A stretch of DNA of 64,000 nucleotides from a plasmid, in sequence record NZ_CP072388.1; one strand, given 5' to 3'. Every line of letters begins with the position of its first letter. Position 1 is the first letter of the stretch. The position numbers and the translations under genes are program-made. Of this stretch, positions 9,005-17,520 are shown in pieces. The notes under the pieces are model-generated. The model was not told where the DNA came from and did not search any database. It saw only the letters and a list, made by a program, of their open reading frames with translations.

Positions 9005-10354
9005 TCATGGCGACGAGAGGGTCGCGACTCGCCAGTTGAGGCTATTTGCGACTTCGTAGACGGAGGCTGCGAATCCGTACGGGCTGCATCCGCGGCCGTT
9101 CGGCTGCGCAGCAGGGACCCCGTTGCAGTTGTCCAGGACCCACTCCTCGTCTTCGAACCAGTAGATCCCCGAGATGACGCCCAGAGCGCGTGGTCGGAAG
9201 CCCGCGTCGACGGAAACCAAGTCGAACACGGGGCCACCGCTGTCTCCGCTGCCCCACAGCGGTTCGCCGAGTTGGTTGACGATACGAGCGACCTTTGCGC
9301 TGGTGATGTCGGTGTCCTCATACTCGACGAAATAGTCGGTTTCGACGACCTGCCCACCGCAGGTCATGCCGGAGTACGATCCCGAGCTGCAGACCTCTTG
9401 TCCGAGAAGATAGCCAGTGGAGACTGCCTCCACGCCGACGTACTGGGTGCTCGTGTACTCGCCGATGTACATGTAGGGGTTCGACCAGTCCTGCGTCAGG
9501 ACGGCGCCGTCGAGGCTTGTGAGCCGGTGCGTCATGTTGCCGTAGTGGTAGGCCATGAGGCCGCCTTCAGACATGGCGGTACGGACCCATTGGGAGTTGA
9601 TCGGACCGCAGTGGGCGGCGGTGACCATCCCGTAGTCGCCGGTGACCTTGTGTCGGGTGGCGAAAGCGGTGCTGCAGTTGCCACGGAGGTAGCCGTCCTG
9701 GAACCGGCTTATCCGGGCGCCGCCCAAGTGCAGGTTGTCGGACAGTCGGGCGGGGTTGTTCTGGACGTTCTCGTTGACGCGCACCGGCACGCCGGCGATC
9801 TCGCTCAGCTCGTTGGCTACTTCGTCGCGATCGGGGCTCGCGCTGCGGCGTGCACCGGTTGACGTGCTCTGGTCAAGGTCCACATAGACGCCAGAGGCGT
9901 CGGCGTTGACGCCCGCGCCGGCGACCTTTGCACCGCCCACCTCGGTGCCGGGAAGACTTGCCGCGGCCCGGCGGAGGTCTCCAGGGAGGTACGGGGCGGC
10001 AGTAACCGCCAAGTTCTCCGACGGCGTCAGGTCAGCTGGGACGTCCCCGTACCACGCGACAGACAGGTGGGACCGGTCGTCCGAGATGGCGAGCGTGCCG
10101 AGGCGGTCGTCGGAGCCGTAGCGCTTCCTGATCTCGTCGGCCTTGGCGGCCACAACCTCGGGAATGGCGGGCGTGTGAAGGTGCTGCGCCAGGTCAGACG
10201 GGTCGAGGACTGACCGTTGATCGACGGGGCCCTGTACATCGGGCTCAGGCGGCGGGACGGGCGAGTTCGTCGCGTGTGCAGCGATCCCCCCGCACAGAGA
10301 GAGCGAGACGGCGGCGACGAGCGCATAGCTGCCGCGTTGCAGCCTGGACTTCAT
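9005..10354 (-). CDS. Secreted trypsin/alpha-lytic-protease-like S1 serine protease with pro-region
   Basis: N-terminal signal peptide. Catalytic motifs TAAHCG and GDSGGP with disulfide Cys pairs. The C-terminal domain is typical of streptogrisin-like proteases. Confidence 0.85.
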   Translation of the reverse strand: MKSRLQRGSYALVAAVSLSLCGGIAAHATNSPVPPPEPDVQGPVDQRSVLDPSDLAQHLHTPAIPEVVAAKADEIRKRYGSDDRLGTLAISDDRSHLSVAWYGDVPADLTPSENLAVTAAPYLPGDLRRAAASLPGTEVGGAKVAGAGVNADASGVYVDLDQSTSTGARRSASPDRDEVANELSEIAGVPVRVNENVQNNPARLSDNLHLGGARISRFQDGYLRGNCSTAFATRHKVTGDYGMVTAAHCGPINSQWVRTAMSEGGLMAYHYGNMTHRLTSLDGAVLTQDWSNPYMYIGEYTSTQYVGVEAVSTGYLLGQEVCSSGSYSGMTCGGQVVETDYFVEYEDTDITSAKVARIVNQLGEPLWGSGDSGGPVFDLVSVDAGFRPRALGVISGIYWFEDEEWVLDNCNGVPAAQPNGRGCSPYGFAASVYEVANSLNWRVATLSSP

Positions 10355-10362
10355 GTTTCCCC

Positions 10363-10815
10363 CTACGTTGTCGTATGCGGTACCGCTTTGCCATTAACGA
10401 GAACCTCGACAGCGTCGTCGACGGAATTCTCGACCGGGATCTCCACAACGTGACTAAAAGGAACGCTATCCGCGGTGCAGCTCATGTTGTTGCTGCGCGC
10501 CATCTCGAGAGCGAGAGTTGTCGATCCTTGCCAAGCGATCCCCACCGGGATCGCTGGGCAGCTGGAACTACCCCAGGACGTGACCGTGAGCGTCGGCGGC
10601 TCGGCGGTCGGGTCGATGACTACATTCGACTGCCCCTCCGGCGGTGGCCTGAGCGTCGAGTCCTCGGTGGGAAACGAGTCGACAGCGATCGAGACAGCGG
10701 GCACGCCAGTCCTGGATGCGGGAGGCGGGTCACTAGAGGGCGCCGCACAGCCGGTGATGACGCCAACGACGAGCAACCCAGTGAAAAGCACCGGCACGTA
10801 GGCGGCTCGCCTCAT
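10363..10815 (-). CDS. Lipoprotein (150 aa) encoded just upstream of the protease on the same strand
   Basis: Signal peptide with lipobox LVVGVITGC. Four Cys residues. Separated from the protease gene by only 8 bp. Confidence 0.55.
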   Translation of the reverse strand: MRRAAYVPVLFTGLLVVGVITGCAAPSSDPPPASRTGVPAVSIAVDSFPTEDSTLRPPPEGQSNVVIDPTAEPPTLTVTSWGSSSCPAIPVGIAWQGSTTLALEMARSNNMSCTADSVPFSHVVEIPVENSVDDAVEVLVNGKAVPHTTT

Positions 10816-11039
10816 TGACTATCCCCCAAAGTCAAGGTGGTGGAAGGAGAGTGCCATAAGTTCGGATGGTCGACAAGGGTCGGGCGCGCGGTCCGTGCTC
10901 GGCCGCGAACGAGTAAGGGGCACGTTGAGCGTCTGAGCGTGGCGAGACTCAGCCGCGTCGCTCGCCGAAGATCAGGGTGCTCGAGGGCGCGTTCTTGCGC
11001 GGTGCAGGGGCACGGCAGATCCCTGCGCCTTGAGGCCCG

Positions 11040-11351
11040 CTGCGCGGGCTGTTCGTGCCGCTGCGCGGCCCGGTGTTGTCCCGCGCTGCGCGCGGGGGAG
11101 TCGTCCCCTCCTGGCTCTCCATCATCGACCGCGCGACCCTGCGCGCAACCGACCTCGCTGCGCGTCCCGGCCCGGCGAAACTCGGCGGCCTGCGGTCGCT
11201 GCGCTCCCTGAGCTCGGCCGGCGAGCCCCGCCGTTCCGGGACCGGTCGGTTGCGCTCTGGGCCGCTTGTGCGGTCGGTGATTACGGAGCCAGGAGGGGGC
11301 GAAAAACGGTCGGGACCACCGGCCACCCACCTGCTGGCGGGAAGGGTCACC
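11040..11351 (+). promoter_or_regulatory. Copy C of the roughly 330-bp palindromic leader element
   Basis: Near-identical to copy B. Internal long-range complementarity (cccctcctggctc pairs with gagccaggagggg; gcgcaaccgacc pairs with ggtcggttgcgc) predicts a long imperfect hairpin. Confidence 0.7.
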
Positions 11352-11741
11352 ATGACCACCAACTCCGCGCACGTCTTCGGTGAGCCGATCCACGTCTACA
11401 CCCGCGCCCGGGCCCTGGCCGACGGCGTCCTGGTCGACGCCGGGCCGCTGGCCGGTGAGGCAGGGTTCCGCTGGCCCGTCGCGCTCACCCAGGCGGCTCA
11501 CGCCGAGGCTGTCACCTGGAACCCCGAGCACGGCCCCGGGCAGGACGAGACCGGCCGACTGTGGGACGTGCTCTGGCTCGCCACCATCGCGGCCCGCGCG
11601 GGCCGCTCCCGGTTTACCGTGGCCCGCGTCCCCAATCTCCCGGGCCAGGACGAGGCCCAGGGCCTCGACCTCGTGCTCCACGTCGGCCCCGGCGACACGG
11701 GCGAACCGGTCGTGACGATCAGCCTCCCCGGCGAGGACTGA
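11352..11741 (+). CDS. Hypothetical small acidic protein (129 aa)
   Basis: First ORF after leader copy C. GGAAGG RBS. No recognised domain. Confidence 0.5.
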   Translation: MTTNSAHVFGEPIHVYTRARALADGVLVDAGPLAGEAGFRWPVALTQAAHAEAVTWNPEHGPGQDETGRLWDVLWLATIAARAGRSRFTVARVPNLPGQDEAQGLDLVLHVGPGDTGEPVVTISLPGED

Positions 11742-11816
11742 CCGCCACCGCGGCGGGCCAGCAGCGGCCCGCCGCGGCCCCACGCCCGACCGGCCCCGGC
11801 CCACGAAGGGACCACC

Positions 11817-12149
11817 ATGACCACCGAGCACCAGACCATGCGCCAGCGCGTGGCCGCCATCAACTCCCACCCCGCCGAGCTCGAGCCCGAGCAGCGCGCC
11901 GCGCTCGAGGAGCGCGTCCGTCGCCGCCTGCCCGGCTACCCCGACCAGTACGTCATCCAGTACGCGAACGGCGATGCCGATTTCGCGCTCTGGCTCGCCC
12001 TGGTCGACGTCCGGCTCATGCGCCGAATCTGGCTCACCCACCGCGCTATCGCGGACCGCCCCTGGCGCGAGGACTACGACGCGGGCCGCGACCCCATCGA
12101 CGCCGCCGACGAGGCGGCCGAGGAGGAAGCCGGCCACCACTTCGACTGA
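11817..12149 (+). CDS. Hypothetical protein with acidic C-terminus (110 aa)
   Basis: ATG follows a GAAGGGACCACC RBS region. Followed by a GC hairpin (gcgggccgggcgcaagaacgcccggcccgc). Confidence 0.5.
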   Translation: MTTEHQTMRQRVAAINSHPAELEPEQRAALEERVRRRLPGYPDQYVIQYANGDADFALWLALVDVRLMRRIWLTHRAIADRPWREDYDAGRDPIDAADEAAEEEAGHHFD

Positions 12150-12190
12150 ACCACCAGCGGGCCGGGCGCAAGAACGCCCGGCCCGCCCCT

Positions 12191-12235
12191 CACCTGAGGT
12201 ATACATACAGATGCGCTAGATGTATACTTGAGGTG
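12191..12235. promoter_or_regulatory. AT-rich imperfect palindrome (cacctgaggtatacat...atgtatacttgaggtg)
   Basis: 16-bp arms with 2 mismatches around a 13-bp spacer. An AT-rich island in GC-rich DNA just upstream of the 12300 ORF. Confidence 0.5.
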
Positions 12236-12299
12236 TTGGAAGGGCACGCAACGGCCGGAGACCACCGGCCACCCGGCACCAACGCAAAGGAGGGCCCTC

Positions 12300-12581
12300 G
12301 TGGCTCAGCACACCATCGCCGCCCAGGACGCGAGCCGCGCGTCGTTCGAGGCCAGCATCGAGGCCGCCAAGCGCCACGCGCGGGAGACCGGCGAGGACCT
12401 GTACGACGTGCTGGATCGGATGGACCGCAACGACGCGAGCGTCGTCCCGGCGATCCACCCCCTGATCAGCGCCGACAAGGCCCACCTGGCCCAGCGCATG
12501 CGCGGCGCCCTGTGGATCGATCCGACCGGACGCCGCACCTACACCCCGCCCGCGCGCACCCTGGGCGAGCTGCTCGCCTGA
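12300..12581 (+). CDS. Hypothetical protein (93 aa)
   Basis: GTG start preceded by AAAGGAGGG. The accaccggccaccc box lies upstream. Confidence 0.4.
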   Translation: MAQHTIAAQDASRASFEASIEAAKRHARETGEDLYDVLDRMDRNDASVVPAIHPLISADKAHLAQRMRGALWIDPTGRRTYTPPARTLGELLA

Positions 12582-12661
12582 CGTGCCCGGTGGGTCGGGA
12601 AGGAGACTTCCCGGCCCACCGGCTGGCCCACCCAGAACCGCACGCGAGCAGGAGAGCGCCC

Positions 12662-13603
12662 ATGCTGACCATCACCCACACCCGCGAGGCTGGAACCCTT
12701 ATCGACGGGACCGAGCGCGGCGACGGAACGAACGTCATCCTCAAGGCCAACGGCTGGCGGTTCAGCCGCAGCCTGGCCGGTTGGTTCATCCCGCAGTCGC
12801 GGGACCGCGCCGTCAAGGCGTGGAAGATCAACGCGACCGCGGCCGCGCTGCGCGAGGCCGGCCACACGGTCGAGGTCCACGTCGACGACACCGCCCGCCC
12901 GGCCGCCGTCGTCGAGGCCGACAAGATCGCCCGACAGGCCGACCGCACCGCGGCCCTGGCCGCCAAGGCTGACCGCAAGACCGCCGCCGCCGATGCCGCC
13001 TACGCCCGGCACGAGGCCGCCGTCGAGCGGCTGCCCGAGGGAGGGGAGCCGATCAAGATCGGCCACCACTCCGAGAAGCGCCACCGCCGCGACACCGAGC
13101 GCGCATGGTCCACGCTCGGCACCGCCGTCCACGCCCAGCGCGACGCCGAGGACGCCCAGGAGGCAGCGGCGACCGCCGCCGCGACGACCGGCGCCCGGTA
13201 CAACCCCGTCACCGTCGGGAACAGGATCGACCGGCTGGCCGCACAGATCCGCAAGTACGAGCGCGAGCTGGTCGCGCCGGTCTACGACCTCGACACCGGA
13301 TACCGGCCCGCGACCGAGCACGAGCAGGCCCGGCGCCGTCGACGCCTCGAGCCGGCCATCGCCGAGACCCGCGACAACCTCGCGCACTGGCAGGACGTGC
13401 GCGCCCAGCAGATCGCCGACGGCACCGTCACCGCATACGGGCCGCACAACGTCGCCAAGGGCGACGAGGTCAAGATCGGCCACTGGTGGCGACGCGTCGC
13501 CCGCGTCAACGCCAAGTCCGTGAGCGTCGAGACCGACTACTCCTGGACCGACCGCGCCCCGTGGCACGAGGTCACCGACCACCGCCCGGCCCAGGCCACG
13601 TGA
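12662..13603 (+). CDS. DUF3560-family protein
   Basis: The N-terminus MLTITHTREAGTLIDGTERGDGTNVILK matches the DUF3560 signature seen on actinobacterial plasmids. Followed by a hairpin (gggcgggccgcacccggcccgccc). Confidence 0.7.
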   Translation: MLTITHTREAGTLIDGTERGDGTNVILKANGWRFSRSLAGWFIPQSRDRAVKAWKINATAAALREAGHTVEVHVDDTARPAAVVEADKIARQADRTAALAAKADRKTAAADAAYARHEAAVERLPEGGEPIKIGHHSEKRHRRDTERAWSTLGTAVHAQRDAEDAQEAAATAAATTGARYNPVTVGNRIDRLAAQIRKYERELVAPVYDLDTGYRPATEHEQARRRRRLEPAIAETRDNLAHWQDVRAQQIADGTVTAYGPHNVAKGDEVKIGHWWRRVARVNAKSVSVETDYSWTDRAPWHEVTDHRPAQAT

Positions 13604-13671
13604 CCGACAGCCAGGGCGGGCCGCACCCGGCCCGCCCTGGCCCAGCCCGTACCGACACCAGGAGAACCGCC

Positions 13672-14535
13672 ATGACCACCGCCACCGCACCCCGAACCCG
13701 TAGGCTCACCCGTGCACGCCGCGCCGCCGTGGGGGACTTGCCGCCCCCCACACCCCCCGCCTCCGGCGCGGCTCACCACCGCCTGCAACCCCGAGGTGCC
13801 CTTCCCATGACCACCCGCCGCGTCGACGCGCTGCCCGACGAGCACGCCGGCCCGATCCTCGAGCTGCTCGAGCGCGTGCGCGCAGCCGCGACCGCGCCTG
13901 ACGGCGATGGGGGAGCGTGGGCCGCGGCCGAAGCGGGGCAAGCCCGGGTCCGCACCGGGTACAAGGCCGCCCGCCGCACCCTGTCCGCCGGGCAGTACGC
14001 CGCGCACACCCTGCGCCTGCTCGCCCTGACCCAGCCCGAGGCCGACCGCGAACCGTGGACCAACGCCCTGGCCCACGCCGGCGCACCGATCGGCTCTTGG
14101 GACTGGGACGAGCGCATGCAAGGCGCGCTCGACCTGCGCCGCACCTTCAAGGACCTGCCCGAGCCGCTGCCCGAGACCGTGCGCTCGGTCCGGCTCGTGT
14201 CCGCCTGGCTCACCCACGCCAGCGGCACCGGGCTCGTGCCTGTCACCGCCCGCCTCGCCGCCCACGTCCTCGAGCTCGAGCCCGACGGCGACGTCCTCGC
14301 CGCCGCCTGGTACGCCACCCACGGCACCCGGCTCCTGGCCGAGCTCACTGCCAACGGCACACCCACCAGCGGAGCGCCCGACCTCGACGAAGCCCACCAA
14401 CGCGCACTCCTGCGCACCGCCGTGCGCGGCCTCTATAGCGCGCAGCTGCTCACCAAGGTCGACCTCGCCGCCCGCGCCGGCGTCACACGGCGCACCCTCG
14501 ACGCTTGGACGGCCAGTGCAGAGGCTCAGACGTAG
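13672..14535 (+). CDS. Hypothetical protein with C-terminal HTH-like segment
   Basis: AGGAGAA RBS before the ATG. The C-terminus (LTKVDLAARAGVTRRTLDAWTA) is HTH-like. An alternative start lies at 13807. Confidence 0.45.
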   Translation: MTTATAPRTRRLTRARRAAVGDLPPPTPPASGAAHHRLQPRGALPMTTRRVDALPDEHAGPILELLERVRAAATAPDGDGGAWAAAEAGQARVRTGYKAARRTLSAGQYAAHTLRLLALTQPEADREPWTNALAHAGAPIGSWDWDERMQGALDLRRTFKDLPEPLPETVRSVRLVSAWLTHASGTGLVPVTARLAAHVLELEPDGDVLAAAWYATHGTRLLAELTANGTPTSGAPDLDEAHQRALLRTAVRGLYSAQLLTKVDLAARAGVTRRTLDAWTASAEAQT

Positions 14536-15584
14536 ATCGCGAGGGGAACCACGCGGAACGACTCGCCGCTGACCCGAGAACTGAACGTCAGGTCGACTTG
14601 GCTCGCGTCGAAAGATCCCTCGTTCGGTTCAAGGTTGTCGGCGGCGGTCGCGATGAACTTGGCCAACGCATCGACGCCGTCGGCCCCGATGCGGGACAGG
14701 AGCTTGTTGCGCCGAAGGATGGGCGCGTCGGCCTCCAGGCTGGACGTAACCTTGCCTAAGACGGTGAACTCGCCATCCAGGATGCGATCCTCATCATCGA
14801 CCGTGAAATGTCCGGTGTCACAGATGGTGACCGCAGTGACCGTCGCGTCGCCAGAGGCGATCGCGCCGTAGTACTCCCGTGTCGTCGTGCTGCGGAAGTC
14901 GGTCTTGACGGCCCGTGTGATCGCCCCGGCCAGTTCTCCTCGCGCCCCGGCCTCAAGGTCGATTCTGAGGGCCGCCTTCTGTACGTCCTCGTGGGTCCCG
15001 TAACCCTCGAACAGCTTCGCCTCGGACAGCTTGTGCTGGGTTCGTGTGATCGTCTCCACGAGCTCGGGCGTTACAACGTCCATGAGCGTCGTCACCTCGC
15101 TGGGGCGGAACCACGCTCGGTACTCAACGAAATCGCCCGCCTTGAGGTGTCGTGCATCGTCAAGGTTGGCGACCGTCCGCAGCACCTCAGCGTCGCGCAG
15201 TGCCTTGCGCACGAGGTTGAGGTAGTACGCCTGCGAGTAGACGAAGTTCTGCACCGCACGCGTACTCGTCGCACTTGCTCCCTCGTGGCCTCGCAGGTAG
15301 CTGTAGTCCGCTTGTGCCTTCACCTTGGCGATCAAGGGCGTATTGGCCTCACCGGCAACCTGAACCCCGGCATTGTGCTCGCTCTTCTGCCCTGTCGATG
15401 ACGTACCTTCGTTCTCGAACGTCTCGTCGACCACCAAGGGACGCTCGAAGAACTGCTGGACCACGCCGGCTACGTGCTCACCGTGCTGATAGATCGTCAC
15501 GGTAGGCGCAAGTACTTGGTCCTTGACCTGCTCTTCTGGGGACAGCGGCTCCGTCGTCATGAAGCATGACGATTCCATAAGCAC
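14526..15584 (-). CDS. Orphan protein of unknown function (352 aa) in a lower-GC patch
   Basis: Clean ORF in a roughly 60% GC segment versus about 70% in the flanks. No recognisable motifs. Opposite strand to its neighbours. Confidence 0.55.
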   Translation of the reverse strand: MLMESSCFMTTEPLSPEEQVKDQVLAPTVTIYQHGEHVAGVVQQFFERPLVVDETFENEGTSSTGQKSEHNAGVQVAGEANTPLIAKVKAQADYSYLRGHEGASATSTRAVQNFVYSQAYYLNLVRKALRDAEVLRTVANLDDARHLKAGDFVEYRAWFRPSEVTTLMDVVTPELVETITRTQHKLSEAKLFEGYGTHEDVQKAALRIDLEAGARGELAGAITRAVKTDFRSTTTREYYGAIASGDATVTAVTICDTGHFTVDDEDRILDGEFTVLGKVTSSLEADAPILRRNKLLSRIGADGVDALAKFIATAADNLEPNEGSFDASQVDLTFSSRVSGESFRVVPLAIYV

Positions 15585-15658
15585 GGCGGGGACTTGGCGT
15601 TTGTGGTCTCCGTGTCGCAGCCGGCCGTTGCGCCTGAATAGGCTCCGCGTCTCGTCAA

Positions 15659-15958
15659 TCAGAAGCTGCGCCGGGGGCGTCCTGGGCCACGCCGGCGGTC
15701 TTCAATCCCTTCGAGGCTTGCAGCAGTCCAGACTGGGCCGCCGTTGAGCTGGCCCTCAGCCTTGGGGAGCCAGTCTGCGCCGCGGTGGCGCGCTGAACGC
15801 AGGGACGCGTGGGCCATGCCGAGCCGTTGGGCCAGACGAGCCACGTCGTACAGCCCGCCCGGCCCGGGACCCGGATCGCGCGGGCCGTCCGGCCGAGATT
15901 CCTTGCTCACCCGGCCACGGTAACAGCACGCTCTCGTTCTGCTTCTGTTAAACTGCAA
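15659..15958 (-). CDS. Small excisionase/MerR-like HTH DNA-binding protein
   Basis: HTH-like segment LYDVARLAQRLGMAHASLRSARHRG. The true start is probably a GTG near 15910. Confidence 0.45.
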   Translation of the reverse strand: MQFNRSRTRACCYRGRVSKESRPDGPRDPGPGPGGLYDVARLAQRLGMAHASLRSARHRGADWLPKAEGQLNGGPVWTAASLEGIEDRRRGPGRPRRSF

Positions 15959-15975
15959 CGCGTCCGTTCTGATTG

Positions 15976-16938
15976 ATGGAGGTCGTCGTGTCCCACGTTG
16001 AGCCGGTGAACCGCGCTGCTGCTGGCCCCTCGGTCCGGATCCGCGACGCGGTCCGGCGCCGGTTCGATCGAGGCTCGGAGGAGGGTCAGGCTGAGCCGGG
16101 GGAGGGCTACGAGTCGTTCCCGCGCTGGCCGGTGGTTGCTCTCGCTGCAGGCGCGTTCGTCGCGATCTGGGGTGGGTGGGTCGACTTGGGCCGGATGGCC
16201 GGCTTCGGTCCGGTGAACCTGTTGCCCGGGATCATGGACCTGACGGTGAACCTCGCGATCACCCTGCCGCTGGGCATGGAGGTCTACGCTGCGTTCGCGC
16301 TCGGCGTGTGGCTCACGCACCGCAACGTCCGTCCGGCCGCGCGGACGTTCGCGGGATGGTCGGTCCTGGCCTCGCTGGTGATCGGCGCCGCGGGCCAGAT
16401 CACCTATCACCTGCTCCACGCCGCTGGCATCGAACGGGCGCCCTGGCAGGTCGTGGTCGGTGTCGCGTGCGTGCCGGTCGCCGTCATGGGTATGGGCGCC
16501 GCGCTGGCCCACCTGCTGGGCGTGCGCCGGCCCCGGCCGGCCCTGCCTGTGGTCGAGGAAACCGCGACGGCCGAGGCGAGCACGTCGACGCCCTCGACCG
16601 CTCCCGCGAGCATGACGGAGTCGGCGCCGATCGCGGAGCTGTCTCCGGTTCCGGCCGTCGTCGAGCCGGCCGTCGAGCCGGTCGTCGTCGTGGCGAGCCA
16701 GGTGCAGGACGAGCCTGGCCAGGAGCTGGACCCGGCCGCCATGACCACGGAGCAGCGCGACGCGTTCATCCTCGAGCTCGCGCGCGACGCTCGCTCCGAG
16801 CGTGACATCGCGGCGCGCGTGCCGTGGTCGCGGTCCACCGTGAACCGCGTCCTGCGCAAGCACGACGTCGTGCTGAACCCGCCGAACCAGGCTCGGCTGG
16901 AGTGGGCCACCGACCGTGGGGAGGCGGCTCTGGCGTGA
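15976..16938 (+). CDS. Integral membrane protein with C-terminal HTH (DUF2637-like, Spd-like)
   Basis: Four to five TM helices followed by an Ala/Pro-rich linker and a C-terminal HTH (RSTVNRVLRKH). The architecture is common on actinomycete conjugative elements. Confidence 0.5.
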   Translation: MEVVVSHVEPVNRAAAGPSVRIRDAVRRRFDRGSEEGQAEPGEGYESFPRWPVVALAAGAFVAIWGGWVDLGRMAGFGPVNLLPGIMDLTVNLAITLPLGMEVYAAFALGVWLTHRNVRPAARTFAGWSVLASLVIGAAGQITYHLLHAAGIERAPWQVVVGVACVPVAVMGMGAALAHLLGVRRPRPALPVVEETATAEASTSTPSTAPASMTESAPIAELSPVPAVVEPAVEPVVVVASQVQDEPGQELDPAAMTTEQRDAFILELARDARSERDIAARVPWSRSTVNRVLRKHDVVLNPPNQARLEWATDRGEAALA

Positions 16939-16939
16939 A

Positions 16940-17267
16940 CCGCGGGTGCGCCGCGACAGGTCGCCGCGCACAACACGTCGCGGCCCTGCGGGCCGCGGCT
17001 GGAGCATCATCTGTCTTCGGTCCGTCCCTGGCTGCGAGTGTGGCCGGCCGTCCCCGGGCGCAAGCCGGCTCCGCTGCGCTGCGGCCCGCCCATCCGCGAC
17101 GTTCTCGGCTGCGCTCCTTCGTCGCTGAGCCCGCCGAGAACGTCGCGCCCGCGCGGGCGTCCCGACTCGCTCGCGGTGCTCGCGCCCTGCGGGTGCGTCC
17201 GGGGACGGCTTCCAGCCAACGCTCTGGCTGCAGGGACGGTCCGAAAAACGACGTGGGGGAGGGCATC
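16940..17267 (+). promoter_or_regulatory. Diverged fourth copy of the roughly 330-bp leader element upstream of nrdH and the Toprim gene
   Basis: Shares gctccttcgtcgct, GC palindromes and the gaaaaacgacgtggggg...ATG tail with copies A-C. Similar length. Confidence 0.45.
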
Positions 17268-17519
17268 ATGACCAGCCAGGGGATCGAGGTCACCGTGTAC
17301 AGCAAGCCGGCGTGCGTGCAGTGCGACGCGACGTACCGCGCTCTGGACAAGAAGGGGATCGCGTACACCGTGGTGGACATCAGCGCCGACGCCCTCGCGC
17401 TCGAGCGGGTGCGTGCCCTGGGGCACCTCCAGGCCCCGGTCGTCGTCGCCGGTGACGTGTCGTGGTCCGGGTTTCGGCCCGACCAGGTCAATGCCCTCGC
17501 GGCCCGTCAGGAGGTCTGA
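17268..17519 (+). CDS. nrdH: NrdH-like glutaredoxin-fold redoxin
   Basis: 84 aa with a CVQC redox motif near the N-terminus (VTVYSKPACVQCDATY), the typical NrdH/glutaredoxin pattern. Confidence 0.7.
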   Translation: MTSQGIEVTVYSKPACVQCDATYRALDKKGIAYTVVDISADALALERVRALGHLQAPVVVAGDVSWSGFRPDQVNALAARQEV

Positions 17520-17520
17520 C

